Notes under the pieces: generated by a model
Databases searched by the model: none
What the model saw: the letters and a program-made list of their open reading frames with translations, nothing else
What the model was told of the DNA's origin: nothing
Made by a program: the position numbers and the translations under genes
In this document: positions 54,953 to 63,599 of the stretch, one piece after another
Numbering within the stretch: position 1 is the first letter of the stretch
Layout of the letters: the number at the start of each line of letters is the position of its first letter
IMG/VR virus record: IMGVR_UViG_3300030497_000015
Origin: a virus
Length of the DNA stretch: 64,000 bases
Direction: 5' to 3' (one strand)

Positions 54953-55642
54953 TTACATCACCTCCGCTGCTTTTTCGTACTCGTCGACGAATGAGGCCAT
55001 ATCTTTTCGGAATCGGAAGATGAATTTCCGCATAGAATCGGAGTTCCCGCCCGATTCTGCTGCGATTTCCTCTGCTAATTCTGTGAAGTTGATTTCCTTC
55101 TCGTCCATAAAACGAAGAAGTAGTTTGCGACGTTTCTCGTCTGTACCGAATTTTTCGAATAATGCTGCTACGACTTCGGACTTTTCGATCTGCTCTTCGA
55201 TGAAAGCTTTTTCGTCTGTGAACTGAACGACTGATTTGCTCTCGCCCTCACCCTCACTCCAAGCCGTAAGCTCATCGTAAGAAGCCTCATTTTTTGAATA
55301 GCTTGTACGACGTTTATAAAATTCTCTCGTTGTTCTTTCGAATGTTCTTCGAACAAGTGCCTCGAAGTCTCCCTTTCCTGCCGCATATGTAAGCGTACAT
55401 TCCATTAATCTCTTGCGAAGGCGACGCTCGAAGGCAGTCGAGCCGTTCTCGTCTTTCGTTTTATTGAAGTTTGGTCCGTGCTGATCTTGCAAACTTCGAA
55501 TAATTCCGTCGAACTCCATCATTAAGTACCACATTGATTCCGTGTAGTTCTCTTCGTGTAGGCTTGTCCCTGCTGCTTTTAATGTTTGAGTGTCTGCTTG
55601 TGCTTTGATTGCTAGTGCGTTAATTTTTTTAGATTTAGTCAA
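54953..55642 (-). CDS. Phage sigma-70-like factor
   Basis: Region-2-like TYAAGKGDFEALVRRTF; C-terminal HTH FTELAEEIA...SMRKFIFRFR; TTG start. Confidence 0.65.
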   Translation of the reverse strand: MTKSKKINALAIKAQADTQTLKAAGTSLHEENYTESMWYLMMEFDGIIRSLQDQHGPNFNKTKDENGSTAFERRLRKRLMECTLTYAAGKGDFEALVRRTFERTTREFYKRRTSYSKNEASYDELTAWSEGEGESKSVVQFTDEKAFIEEQIEKSEVVAALFEKFGTDEKRRKLLLRFMDEKEINFTELAEEIAAESGGNSDSMRKFIFRFRKDMASFVDEYEKAAEVM

Positions 55643-55727
55643 CTTGAAAACTCCCTTTATTTTTTTGGTTTAAGACCGTTCGAATCGGGTAAAGTAATGA
55701 AACGGGATTGAAACGGGCTTACATGGT

Positions 55728-55755
55728 TTAGCTCATGGGTGTGAATGTCTGGGAC
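55728..55755 (-). promoter_or_regulatory. Phage-sigma promoter (sigma autoregulation)
   Basis: GTCCC-17-AGCTAA variant. Confidence 0.55.
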
Positions 55756-55845
55756 ATTGATTTTTTAAAAACTTTTAAAAACCCTTAATTTTTTTTGGAA
55801 TTAGTCGGCATGAAGCGAATATTTTTTTCGAATTTCGTTTTGGAC

Positions 55846-55907
55846 AAAAAAAATAGGTCGAGAGATAGGTTAGAACCGAATTACTAGGCTCTAACGCTCC
55901 CCCGACC
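55846..55907 (-). terminator. Leader terminator/attenuator upstream of the sigma-like gene
   Basis: GGTCGGGGGAG...CTCTCGACC hairpin plus TATTTTTTTT on minus strand. Confidence 0.6.
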
Positions 55908-56013
55908 TTGAGTAGAACGAACTATATTAATTTGATAATGTTATATTCGAATAGTGAAAAAGGACTACGTTCTTTACGCTATATCGTAAAAATATACGGT
56001 TAATCGTATAAAT

Positions 56014-56027
56014 AGAACACTCGTTCT
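56014..56027. promoter_or_regulatory. SOS (LexA/DinR, Cheo) box
   Basis: AGAAC-ACTC-GTTCT fits GAAC-N4-GTTC. Confidence 0.6.
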
Positions 56028-56249
56028 CTTGTCTTTATATACGGATTTTTGGTAGTATTGCATTACAGCAATAATTCTGTTGTCAAAAGATGTAACATGC
56101 CCCAAAAAAAGGACATAGTTATCCCTTTAGGTATATGAATTGTTCAATACGAAAAAAACCATGACGAAATAAGCATCGCCTATCTTCGAATTTTTCGAAG
56201 GTTAGGCAACGCAAATACACCGAAAAACAAAAGAAATGCAAGTGAGCAT

Positions 56250-56330
56250 CCGTTCGATCTTTGGTCGGGGAGAACGAATACTCTAAAAGAATGCAGATAT
56301 CAAACTTTGGTCGGGGAGATATCGCATTTA
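56250..56330 (-). ncRNA. Twin stem-loop regulatory RNA candidate
   Basis: 15-nt repeat (56259-56273, 56305-56319) displayed in two hairpin loops, complementary to the terminator arm; promoter TTGCTA-17-TATAGT at 56509-56537. Confidence 0.45.
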
Positions 56331-56680
56331 CGGTCGGTTGTGTTGCTACTGCTGCTCGGAATGGTTTTATTTTTTTATTCAAAAAATTAAGCGTTCGGAG
56401 TGGTTAAGTCCGTTCGCCCATTGCTTCGTCTATATTTTTTTGATGCGATATAATCTCGCAGATTATAATTTTCTTGTTTTATCGACAATTTTCATCGGTA
56501 AGATTAACTATACACGGAAATTCCTGTATTAGCAAGTGAATTTTTAGCAATTATAATCCGCTAGGTTAATGTAATATATTCCAGATTTCACGGTCATATT
56601 TTCCGCTTTACTAGGTATGTGGGTCTAGGTTATTATTAGAGTCTTGCCCCATGTTTTGAGATAACTTCGGAGGGGTACTA

Positions 56681-57055
56681 ATGGAAGAATCATTCAAGAA
56701 ATTCGGAGACTATTTATTCGAACTTCGGATGCTTAAAGGAGTAAGTTTAGTCGAATTAGGACGTTCGATCGGTATCTCTGCGAATCGTTGCAGCGAGCTT
56801 GAGCGTGGAGTTAACAAGAAGGTCGGAGACGACATCGTTCGTAATCTTGCTATTTATTATGATGTTCCCGAGGAAAGACTTTTCACGTTGCTAGGTCGTG
56901 TTCCTCTAGCGATTAAAGAACAAGTTTCGGAATCTCCCGAGCTTGCCCGCCTACTTGCCGACATAGCAGCGAATAAAGACTTGTCGCCCGAGAAGCGAGA
57001 GCTTATGATTTCAAAGGTCCGCAGCTACTATGAGAGTCTCGTCAATGATGATTGA
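56681..57055 (+). CDS. Xre-family repressor (CI-like, no peptidase domain)
   Basis: LRMLKGVSLVELGRSIGISANRCSELERG; divergent from the lytic sigma operon. Confidence 0.85.
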   Translation: MEESFKKFGDYLFELRMLKGVSLVELGRSIGISANRCSELERGVNKKVGDDIVRNLAIYYDVPEERLFTLLGRVPLAIKEQVSESPELARLLADIAANKDLSPEKRELMISKVRSYYESLVNDD

Positions 57056-57498
57056 GAGGACGTATGTTTATGAACGATTTTATCGTTGACATTTTTAACA
57101 ACTATCACCATGCGGTCTATGCAAAAAACCTTTTCATCGGATTAGGTTTCTTTTGTGTAGGTTTTTTGGCAGCCTTTATGTTATTCGCTTGGATGACACG
57201 AATTTCTAGGTATGATAGGGACATGGATGTCAAAATAATGAGGATTAAGCAAGGGAAAAAACGATTGTACGTCGGGAACCCTCGCAATATTTCCGAACTG
57301 CTTCAAAGTTTTTTAATAATGGTTTTGTGGGAACTCCGTGCCCCTTCCTTAAAAAACCGGAATGCCATTTATTATGAGGATGCTCGATTATCAAAGTTTA
57401 CCGTTCATATCTTAGTTATAATTTCAATTGTATTTGTTATTATCGCTATATATTTGACCTTTACTTCGATGAACTCGGGAATGGTTCACAATGATTAA
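57052..57498 (+). CDS. Two-TM membrane protein cotranscribed with the repressor
   Basis: Two hydrophobic segments; overlaps the repressor stop codon. Confidence 0.65.
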   Translation: MRGRMFMNDFIVDIFNNYHHAVYAKNLFIGLGFFCVGFLAAFMLFAWMTRISRYDRDMDVKIMRIKQGKKRLYVGNPRNISELLQSFLIMVLWELRAPSLKNRNAIYYEDARLSKFTVHILVIISIVFVIIAIYLTFTSMNSGMVHND

Positions 57499-57517
57499 AT
57501 AAAAAGAGACGGAAAGC

Positions 57518-58495
57518 CTACCCGAAAAGGGAGAAGCCGACCGTCTCTCTTTTATTTATCGCATCTTGTAGAATCGAGTTATCTTTTACGTCGTTCGCAT
57601 CCTTGTATTCCTTCGGAATCTTTGCGACTGATAATCGAATATTGAATTTCGATAGTTTCTCGATTGCCTGTGCTTTTAGAACTTCCCCCACTTCGTCGTT
57701 ATCTGCGAGGATTATTACTTCTTCGATGCTGCTTCGAGCAATAGCTTCGGCCTTCTCATCGGAAAGCTTTGCCGTTCCTGCTGCGATGCCTGCAATGCCG
57801 AGGCAGCTTCGAATATACATAGCGTCGATCTCTGCTTCCGTGAGAACTGCGACTTTTGCTTCTTCTTTGTTTGCTACGTTGAGCCCGAAAACGAGCTCGA
57901 GTAAGGGATACCCGTCCTCCTCATAGAAGAATATTTTCGAATCTGTACGTCGATACTTGATATTAGCGAGTCTCCCATCGGGGAAGTACCACGGAATCAC
58001 GACGGCATTTCTTTCTGAATCGTATTTGATTCCGTAAAGCTCCTCCACGAAAGGAAGTATTCCCCGTCCTGCCAGATAGTCGCAGGGAGGCTCGTATTTA
58101 CTCAAACGATCGTTCGGTAGTGCTCCCCTTTTCTCCCATATTCTGAGCCGAGAGAAGTCGACTGCGAGCTCGTCGTCCTCCGTGTATTCCCTCGCATAAA
58201 CTGAAAGAAGATATTCCTCCGTCTCGAATTGAGTCTCGTTTCGTAAATATTGAAGAAGTTGGATGAACGAACCTTTTCGAAAGTCGCCCGTACCGCCCGA
58301 ATCTCCCCACGAGCCCGCCTTCGCTGTGGCCGTGTCATAGAAATACACATAGAACGAAGGACTCGAATCGTACCGAAAGGGACTGTTTGCGATCAATCGC
58401 TCGGGGAGCCATCGAGCCCGATGCCATGTGTACTCCGATATTTCTTTCTCGATGTCGACTTCGACATTAAACTCCCGAACTTTGATGATCGCCAT
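57518..58495 (-). CDS. DNA primase (TOPRIM)
   Basis: SPFRYDSSPSF, VLTEAEIDA, LADNDEVG, KDAND. Confidence 0.9.
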   Translation of the reverse strand: MAIIKVREFNVEVDIEKEISEYTWHRARWLPERLIANSPFRYDSSPSFYVYFYDTATAKAGSWGDSGGTGDFRKGSFIQLLQYLRNETQFETEEYLLSVYAREYTEDDELAVDFSRLRIWEKRGALPNDRLSKYEPPCDYLAGRGILPFVEELYGIKYDSERNAVVIPWYFPDGRLANIKYRRTDSKIFFYEEDGYPLLELVFGLNVANKEEAKVAVLTEAEIDAMYIRSCLGIAGIAAGTAKLSDEKAEAIARSSIEEVIILADNDEVGEVLKAQAIEKLSKFNIRLSVAKIPKEYKDANDVKDNSILQDAINKRETVGFSLFG

Positions 58496-58507
58496 TCCGA
58501 TTCCCCC

Positions 58508-58702
58508 TTAATCTTCTTCGTCTGAGATAGATACTTCGAGGTCGAGTTCTGGATTTTCTACTTCGATTTGGTCTGCGATGATCTCTTCGACTACGCTTTC
58601 GGGCTGCATTTTGCCGTTATACATGATATCCCTTTCGCTGCATCCCGATAAGATTGCGATTAATCCGAGTCCTACTCCTGCGGCTGCTAGTCTCTTTTTC
58701 AT
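58508..58702 (-). CDS. Lipoprotein
   Basis: Signal peptide with lipobox LSGC. Confidence 0.8.
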   Translation of the reverse strand: MKKRLAAAGVGLGLIAILSGCSERDIMYNGKMQPESVVEEIIADQIEVENPELDLEVSISDEED

Positions 58703-59139
58703 TAAATCATCGCTCCTTCGAATCTATTTCGTGCCATTTTCTCGAAGTCATAAAGCATAAGTTCCGTCATGCTGCCGACGAACGCATGTAATGAATCGCT
58801 TATCATAAGATTCATTCGGTCGCTTTCCCATCCTTCAAAAAGTACTACACAAGGAATACGATTTGCATACGCATACCCAAGCTCCCACATAGTACCCTCG
58901 TCTTTTCCGTTATAAATAGCGACGACTATATCTGCTTTGTGAATGTTCGTTACATCATTTGCGAATACTGCTTCTCGCCATTCTTTCGATGCTGGCTCTA
59001 ATCCTTTTAACTGATTAAGTCTCGGGCTCCATACTTTCAAACCTTGATCTTCTAAGATTTTTTCTACTGTTGATACTCTTCTGATCTCCTCTGCGTTGAA
59101 GAACGGAGCTGCTAAATATACTTTGATATCTTTTTTCAT
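58702..59139 (-). CDS. Nucleoside 2-deoxyribosyltransferase family protein
   Basis: VYLAAPFF, ADIVVA, DEGTMWELGYAYA. Confidence 0.9.
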   Translation of the reverse strand: MKKDIKVYLAAPFFNAEEIRRVSTVEKILEDQGLKVWSPRLNQLKGLEPASKEWREAVFANDVTNIHKADIVVAIYNGKDEGTMWELGYAYANRIPCVVLFEGWESDRMNLMISDSLHAFVGSMTELMLYDFEKMARNRFEGAMI

Positions 59140-59142
59140 GGT

Positions 59143-59325
59143 TTAATTTCTCCCTTGTCTTATGATTTCGATTAGTTCGATATGGAACTTTCGTTTGATT
59201 TGCTCGTTTATTAATTCTTGAATGACTTTTTTATCGCTTTTTATTTTGATCTGAGCTTCTCTCCGAGCGATCTCTTCGTCTATGACTTTAATCGCTGCGG
59301 AGATTGTCTCGATTGGTGTTTTCAT
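59143..59325 (-). CDS. Hypothetical protein
   Basis: 60 aa; coupled ORF. Confidence 0.55.
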   Translation of the reverse strand: MKTPIETISAAIKVIDEEIARREAQIKIKSDKKVIQELINEQIKRKFHIELIEIIRQGRN

Positions 59326-60698
59326 TAGAAGCCCTCGGCTTTAAGAGTGTCGTCCTTTAGCATCGAGGCAGCTTCCTTCCCTGTCGGAACTTCCTTAATG
59401 ATTCCGTAGTTCGGCAAGTATACGAGGTCTATCTCGATTCCTTCTCCCCCGTTACGGCCTTTCCCGAGAACGACGACTCCTTCGCCTTGTGTCGCAAGAG
59501 TGTCGACTCCCACGAGCAAGGACGCATCCTCAAGGAGCTGTTTCGTTTTCTTTACCTCGGCTCTTCGTGGAGCTCGGATACCTCGGACTCCTGCTCGATC
59601 GAGTTCGTCTTGAGTTTCCTCGGCCTGAGTAATTGCGTGAATAACTGTTTTCGTTCTGCCTGCTAGATGTCGAAGCTTCTTCGATGTCTGAGCTGCTGCT
59701 CCTCCGTTTGTCCCGTCGACGTTTCGCTCATAGTCGAGATAGTAGAACGGGTCAATCAAGACGACATCTGCTTTCGTTGAAATGATATCTTCTTCGAGCT
59801 CTGAGAGTCCTCGTTTATGGAAGTCCTCATCGTCGATGCCTCGAACGATAATCGTCCCCTTTACGTTGTCATTAAGATTCTTCAAGAACTCCTCGAAAGA
59901 CACTTCGAAAGTCTCTCCTAGATTCCCCATAAGAAGGGCCTTGTTTTCGAATCCTGCTTCGAGGTCGACTCCGTTAAACTTAGTCGAGAATACCCCTTGT
60001 CCTGCTGATATGATCGAGTAAGCCCTAGCGAATACTTCGTACTTAGACATCTCCATCGCCCAAACAAGAACGGTAGCTCCTTGCATTGCTGCAAAGATTG
60101 CTTCTGCGAGTGTGACTGCGGACTTTCCTCGTCCTGATCTTCCGTACCATACGATCATTGAGGAGCCCATATAACCCCCGACTTCTTCGTTAATGGTAGA
60201 TAGGAAGCTCTTCCAGACTTTGAAGCTCTCGCCTTCCTTACGTCGCTTAAACTCCTCTAGGAATGATTCTGTATCTTTCTTTAAGTCTGAGCCGACTACG
60301 TTGCGGACTGTGTGTTCCCGCATTAATCTGTCGGCATCTTGTTTCACCCATTCGAGGAAATCCGCTCTTTCTTTGCTGCTTGCACTCGAGAACTTCGGTC
60401 CGACTTGAGTTTGTAACCATTCAAGAGTGCGGACTCCGAGCGATAGCTCCTTTACTTCTCCGACTAAATAGTCGTAAGTATCTGAGGTCGGCTCGTAGTT
60501 GAGCCCCGTCTCTTCGACTACTGTTAGATAGTCGGGAGTCTGCCCTCGATTTGATTCCGAATAATTACGGATGAACTCGAGAGCTTTCTTTTCGACTTTC
60601 GTCGTGAAGTGATGCTCTTTTAAATTGAATCGCTTGATCGCTGCTGCGTCCTGCATGTCGAGCATTTTCGATATTAACTTTTCTCCTGCTCTACTCAT
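59325..60698 (-). CDS. Replicative helicase (DnaB-like)
   Basis: GRSGRGKS, WAMEM, VLIDPFY, ITQA, KGRNG. Confidence 0.95.
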   Translation of the reverse strand: MSRAGEKLISKMLDMQDAAAIKRFNLKEHHFTTKVEKKALEFIRNYSESNRGQTPDYLTVVEETGLNYEPTSDTYDYLVGEVKELSLGVRTLEWLQTQVGPKFSSASSKERADFLEWVKQDADRLMREHTVRNVVGSDLKKDTESFLEEFKRRKEGESFKVWKSFLSTINEEVGGYMGSSMIVWYGRSGRGKSAVTLAEAIFAAMQGATVLVWAMEMSKYEVFARAYSIISAGQGVFSTKFNGVDLEAGFENKALLMGNLGETFEVSFEEFLKNLNDNVKGTIIVRGIDDEDFHKRGLSELEEDIISTKADVVLIDPFYYLDYERNVDGTNGGAAAQTSKKLRHLAGRTKTVIHAITQAEETQDELDRAGVRGIRAPRRAEVKKTKQLLEDASLLVGVDTLATQGEGVVVLGKGRNGGEGIEIDLVYLPNYGIIKEVPTGKEAASMLKDDTLKAEGF

Positions 60699-60823
60699 TC
60701 AAATAACCTCCTAAGCCCTTCGATGATGAAGTGCAACCATGCGGAAGCTGCTAGTAAAACGAGTATAAAGAACGAGTAAAGGAAGATAGTGTCCTTCTTC
60801 TTGTCGTATCCTTTTTTTCTCAT
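60695..60823 (-). CDS. Small membrane protein (42 aa, not in ORF track)
   Basis: MRKKGYDKKKDTIFLYSFFILVLLAASAWLHF...; GGAGG RBS. Confidence 0.5.
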   Translation of the reverse strand: MRKKGYDKKKDTIFLYSFFILVLLAASAWLHFIIEGLRRLFE

Positions 60824-60911
60824 CGACCGAACCTCCTATCAAGAACGAGCTCATATCCGAGCCAATAAATGATGAAGTATCGACTTGTCGTGTATATGCG
60901 TGGAAATATTC

Positions 60912-61685
60912 TCATCGTCTAAAACCTCTCTTTGATTCCCCGACGAATGGTATTTCCATCGTCATATCTCGAGTTCGGTCCCATACCTGCTTAGAGTAGA
61001 TAATCTCGAGCTCGGAAAGTGGCTGATTCGACGTGTAGACGGTCGGGAGCATTTCTGTATTTCTATGGTTTAATAGTCTATAAATATCGTCCGTGAATCT
61101 CTCTGAGCTTGATCGAAGCCCTATATCATCCAGAACGAGAAAGTCTACTGTTTTCGCAGCTTGTAAGATATCGTTATATTCTCGAGCTGCTGCTTCGGCA
61201 AGGTCCTTCGGCATATTAGGTCGGACCGATTCCGTGTACTGTGATTGAAGCTCGTTAAGTCCGATGAAAAATACCGGACGACGCTTCGGCTTGAGTCCTC
61301 TTATAATGCTGCCGACATAGTGTCGTTTGAGATACTCGGATGCGATCGCTGCTGCTGCGGTTGTCTTTCCTGTCCCCGTGTTCTTGCTCCATAAATAAAG
61401 ACTCTTGATTCGGTCCTTTTCTGGAAGGCCTGTCTCGAACATTTTTACGAAGGACTCGACATATGCGTCGATGATCGAGAATGCTTTCGCTTGATCTTTC
61501 CTTGCTGCGTTGAGTTTTACTGTTGCCGTGACATATTGCTTCGGTATGTTTGCGAGAGCCTGTCGTCCCCCGCCTCCGTTGCTACCGTGTAATGCGATGA
61601 AGTGAGGACAAAACGAATTACATGTCCCCTCGACTCCTGCGACATTACATGCGGAAGCGATGAGGCAGCGATTCTCATTCGTCAT
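60912..61685 (-). CDS. DnaC/IstB-like ATPase (helicase loader)
   Basis: N-terminal Cys cluster, GTGKT, LVLDDIG, VYTSN. Confidence 0.9.
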   Translation of the reverse strand: MTNENRCLIASACNVAGVEGTCNSFCPHFIALHGSNGGGGRQALANIPKQYVTATVKLNAARKDQAKAFSIIDAYVESFVKMFETGLPEKDRIKSLYLWSKNTGTGKTTAAAAIASEYLKRHYVGSIIRGLKPKRRPVFFIGLNELQSQYTESVRPNMPKDLAEAAAREYNDILQAAKTVDFLVLDDIGLRSSSERFTDDIYRLLNHRNTEMLPTVYTSNQPLSELEIIYSKQVWDRTRDMTMEIPFVGESKRGFRR

Positions 61686-61972
61686 GCAGACACCGCCTCT
61701 TTTGTAGGAACGGGAGGAAAATAGACTCCGTTTATAGTTCTTCCGACGTTCTCTTCGAATGTGTAAATAGTGTTTCGAGTCTCTACCCTCACGAGTCCGT
61801 ATTTACTTATCTTGTCTTGTATAGTTGTCGTTATAAGGAATCCCCCGCCGTCGAATTGAAAAAGTCCTGTGCGTCCGACCTCTGCTACTATTGAGCAAGG
61901 TTTACCGATGCACTCTTCGAATTGAGGAGACTTACCTTCTTTCCCCTTGATTCCGATTAATACGTATTGCAT
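61682..61972 (-). CDS. Hypothetical protein
   Basis: 96 aa; RVETRNTIYTF. Confidence 0.6.
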   Translation of the reverse strand: MQYVLIGIKGKEGKSPQFEECIGKPCSIVAEVGRTGLFQFDGGGFLITTTIQDKISKYGLVRVETRNTIYTFEENVGRTINGVYFPPVPTKEAVSA

Positions 61973-62086
61973 TCCTTTCGGCCTCCTTTAATAACTGAAT
62001 GTTATGTTCTACCTCTGCGAAGCTTATTGAGAGACTATGAACCTCTCGAGCTGCTGCCTTGAGATTTTCTGCGAGCTCCTTTGTTA

Positions 62087-62470
62087 TTAAAACCATTTCG
62101 ACGCATCCTCGAGAGATATACTTTGCTGCTCTTCGGCTTGTGCCATCGCTTGAACTTTCTTGATCGCTTGAGGGAGAACTCGTTCCCGCATCCACGAATA
62201 CATAAAGAAGAATGATAGATTCGGATATTGCGGACTCGGTCGGTACTCTTCGAAGCAAAGGTCGATAAATACCTTCGTTGTTTCCTTTCCGAACTCGTCG
62301 AACATTCTTTTTATGTTTTTGTTTTCTGCTGCGATATTGTTCGTAATATACGGCAGCTTGAAGCGTTCCTCGTGTAGGTCCATCATGTAATTTCGGAATG
62401 ATATCGCATTCCAATCGGAGACACTTCGATTCTTCCACTCCTTAGCAGGAGCGAGCTTTTCTTTCGCCAA
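62087..62470 (-). CDS. Replication-initiator C-terminal (DnaD-like) protein
   Basis: Before the loader gene; TTG start with GGAGG RBS. Confidence 0.55.
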   Translation of the reverse strand: MAKEKLAPAKEWKNRSVSDWNAISFRNYMMDLHEERFKLPYITNNIAAENKNIKRMFDEFGKETTKVFIDLCFEEYRPSPQYPNLSFFFMYSWMRERVLPQAIKKVQAMAQAEEQQSISLEDASKWF

Positions 62471-62502
62471 TTTAAAAACCTCCTTTTTGTCTTTCGTATC
62501 CT

Positions 62503-62530
62503 TTAGCTCTTGCGTTCTTTTATCTGGGAC
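62503..62530 (-). promoter_or_regulatory. Phage-sigma promoter (replication operon)
   Basis: GTCCC-17-AGCTAA variant. Confidence 0.55.
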
Positions 62531-62574
62531 ATTATGCGAACAAAAAAAAATACGAGAGCTCGTAGAGCGACTCG

Positions 62575-62676
62575 TAATGTTTATCTCGTTATTATTAGTT
62601 CTCGTTAAAGATTAGTTCTTGTTAGTGTCAAGCCCACCCGACACGGCTCGAGCTGACATGGATAGGCTTGACATGG
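62575..62676. repeat. Iteron/origin-like element, copy 2 (probable lytic origin)
   Basis: ~17-bp repeats ATTAGTTCTyGTTA plus TGTCAAG...CTTGACA; inside the initiator gene cluster. Confidence 0.6.
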
Positions 62677-62844
62677 TTAAGCGATCATTCCTTCGAGAAC
62701 TTCGATTGCGTATTCGATATTGTCGATCATGTGCATATCTTCTGTATTGTCGAATAAGTCGAACTCTCTTTGAGTAGCTTTTAACTTCTCTCGTTGTCGA
62801 TTTATTTCGAGTTCGATTCGATACTTCGTTTCTATATTTAACAT
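62677..62844 (-). CDS. Hypothetical protein (55 aa; different frame from the ORF track call)
   Basis: MLNIETKYRIELEINRQ...; GGAGG RBS. Confidence 0.65.
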   Translation of the reverse strand: MLNIETKYRIELEINRQREKLKATQREFDLFDNTEDMHMIDNIEYAIEVLEGMIA

Positions 62845-62855
62845 ATTTCCCCTCC

Positions 62856-63245
62856 TTAAAAGATATCAAGGCATGATAAGGGCATGATCGTATAAACGGT
62901 ATTATCGAACTTTGCTCCCTGCTGCCTATTCTTTACTCGTTTTATGATCGGCTGATCGTTCCATCGGAACTCCTCTAGTTTCTTTATACGAGCATTTGCC
63001 GTTTGCCTGCTGACTCCGAGTCTGTGTGCGATGAGAGCCTGTGACGGATAGCATTTGCCGTCCTCATCCATAAAGGCAGCTACGACACATAACGTCTGCC
63101 AAAGCTCGGCCCCTAGTGCTGCGATGAGTCCGTCGTGAACCGCATCCGTGTACATCTTTACGAAGATTCTCGGCTTGACCTTCTGCTCGCCTCCGACGAT
63201 CTCGAACTCTCTCTCCGTCTGGACCGAAACGTATTTTTTAGACAA
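62856..63245 (-). CDS. Winged-HTH replication initiator-like protein
   Basis: CYPSQALIAHRLGVSRQTANARIKKL. Confidence 0.8.
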   Translation of the reverse strand: MSKKYVSVQTEREFEIVGGEQKVKPRIFVKMYTDAVHDGLIAALGAELWQTLCVVAAFMDEDGKCYPSQALIAHRLGVSRQTANARIKKLEEFRWNDQPIIKRVKNRQQGAKFDNTVYTIMPLSCLDIF

Positions 63246-63291
63246 TAAAAAAACGACCTCCTTCGCCTTGATTCGGGCTTCCCCGTTTCGT

Positions 63292-63319
63292 TTAGCGATT
63301 GAAGGTCGTTCTTTGGGAC
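63292..63319 (-). promoter_or_regulatory. Phage-sigma promoter (initiator)
   Basis: GTCCC-17-CGCTAA. Confidence 0.65.
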
Positions 63320-63372
63320 TTTATTTATAGGTTGAGCTCAAGTAATAAAAAAGACGAGAAATAAATTCCCGT

Positions 63373-63585
63373 CTAAAAGTTTAATAGGTCGCTTTCTTCT
63401 TCCGAAGATGCCTTCCCTTTGCTCTCAGGAGTTTCGGAAAGGACCGAGCTCGCATCGTTCATGAAGCGACGTAGTGCGAGTCTCACGATATATGCGTTAG
63501 GCTTGTCCGCTAAAAAATTAATGATATCCTTATCCTTCTCTCGATCAAGCTTTAAGTTTAACGGGAACGGCTTTTCTGCTGCCAT
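63373..63585 (-). CDS. ParR-like RHH adaptor
   Basis: Follows parM; LKLDREKDKDIINFL...AYIVRLALRRF. Confidence 0.7.
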   Translation of the reverse strand: MAAEKPFPLNLKLDREKDKDIINFLADKPNAYIVRLALRRFMNDASSVLSETPESKGKASSEEESDLLNF

Positions 63586-63599
63586 CGTATATCCTCCTA

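Noticed and set aside
55643-56680. Arbitrium (aimR/aimP) locus
   Set aside because: No TPR receptor or secreted-peptide ORF found. ORFs 56119-56382 and 56338-56532 lack convincing RBS or motifs.
62612-62869. 85-aa ORF from the track
   Set aside because: Another frame (62677-62844) has a proper RBS and protein-like sequence; the 3' part is the iteron element
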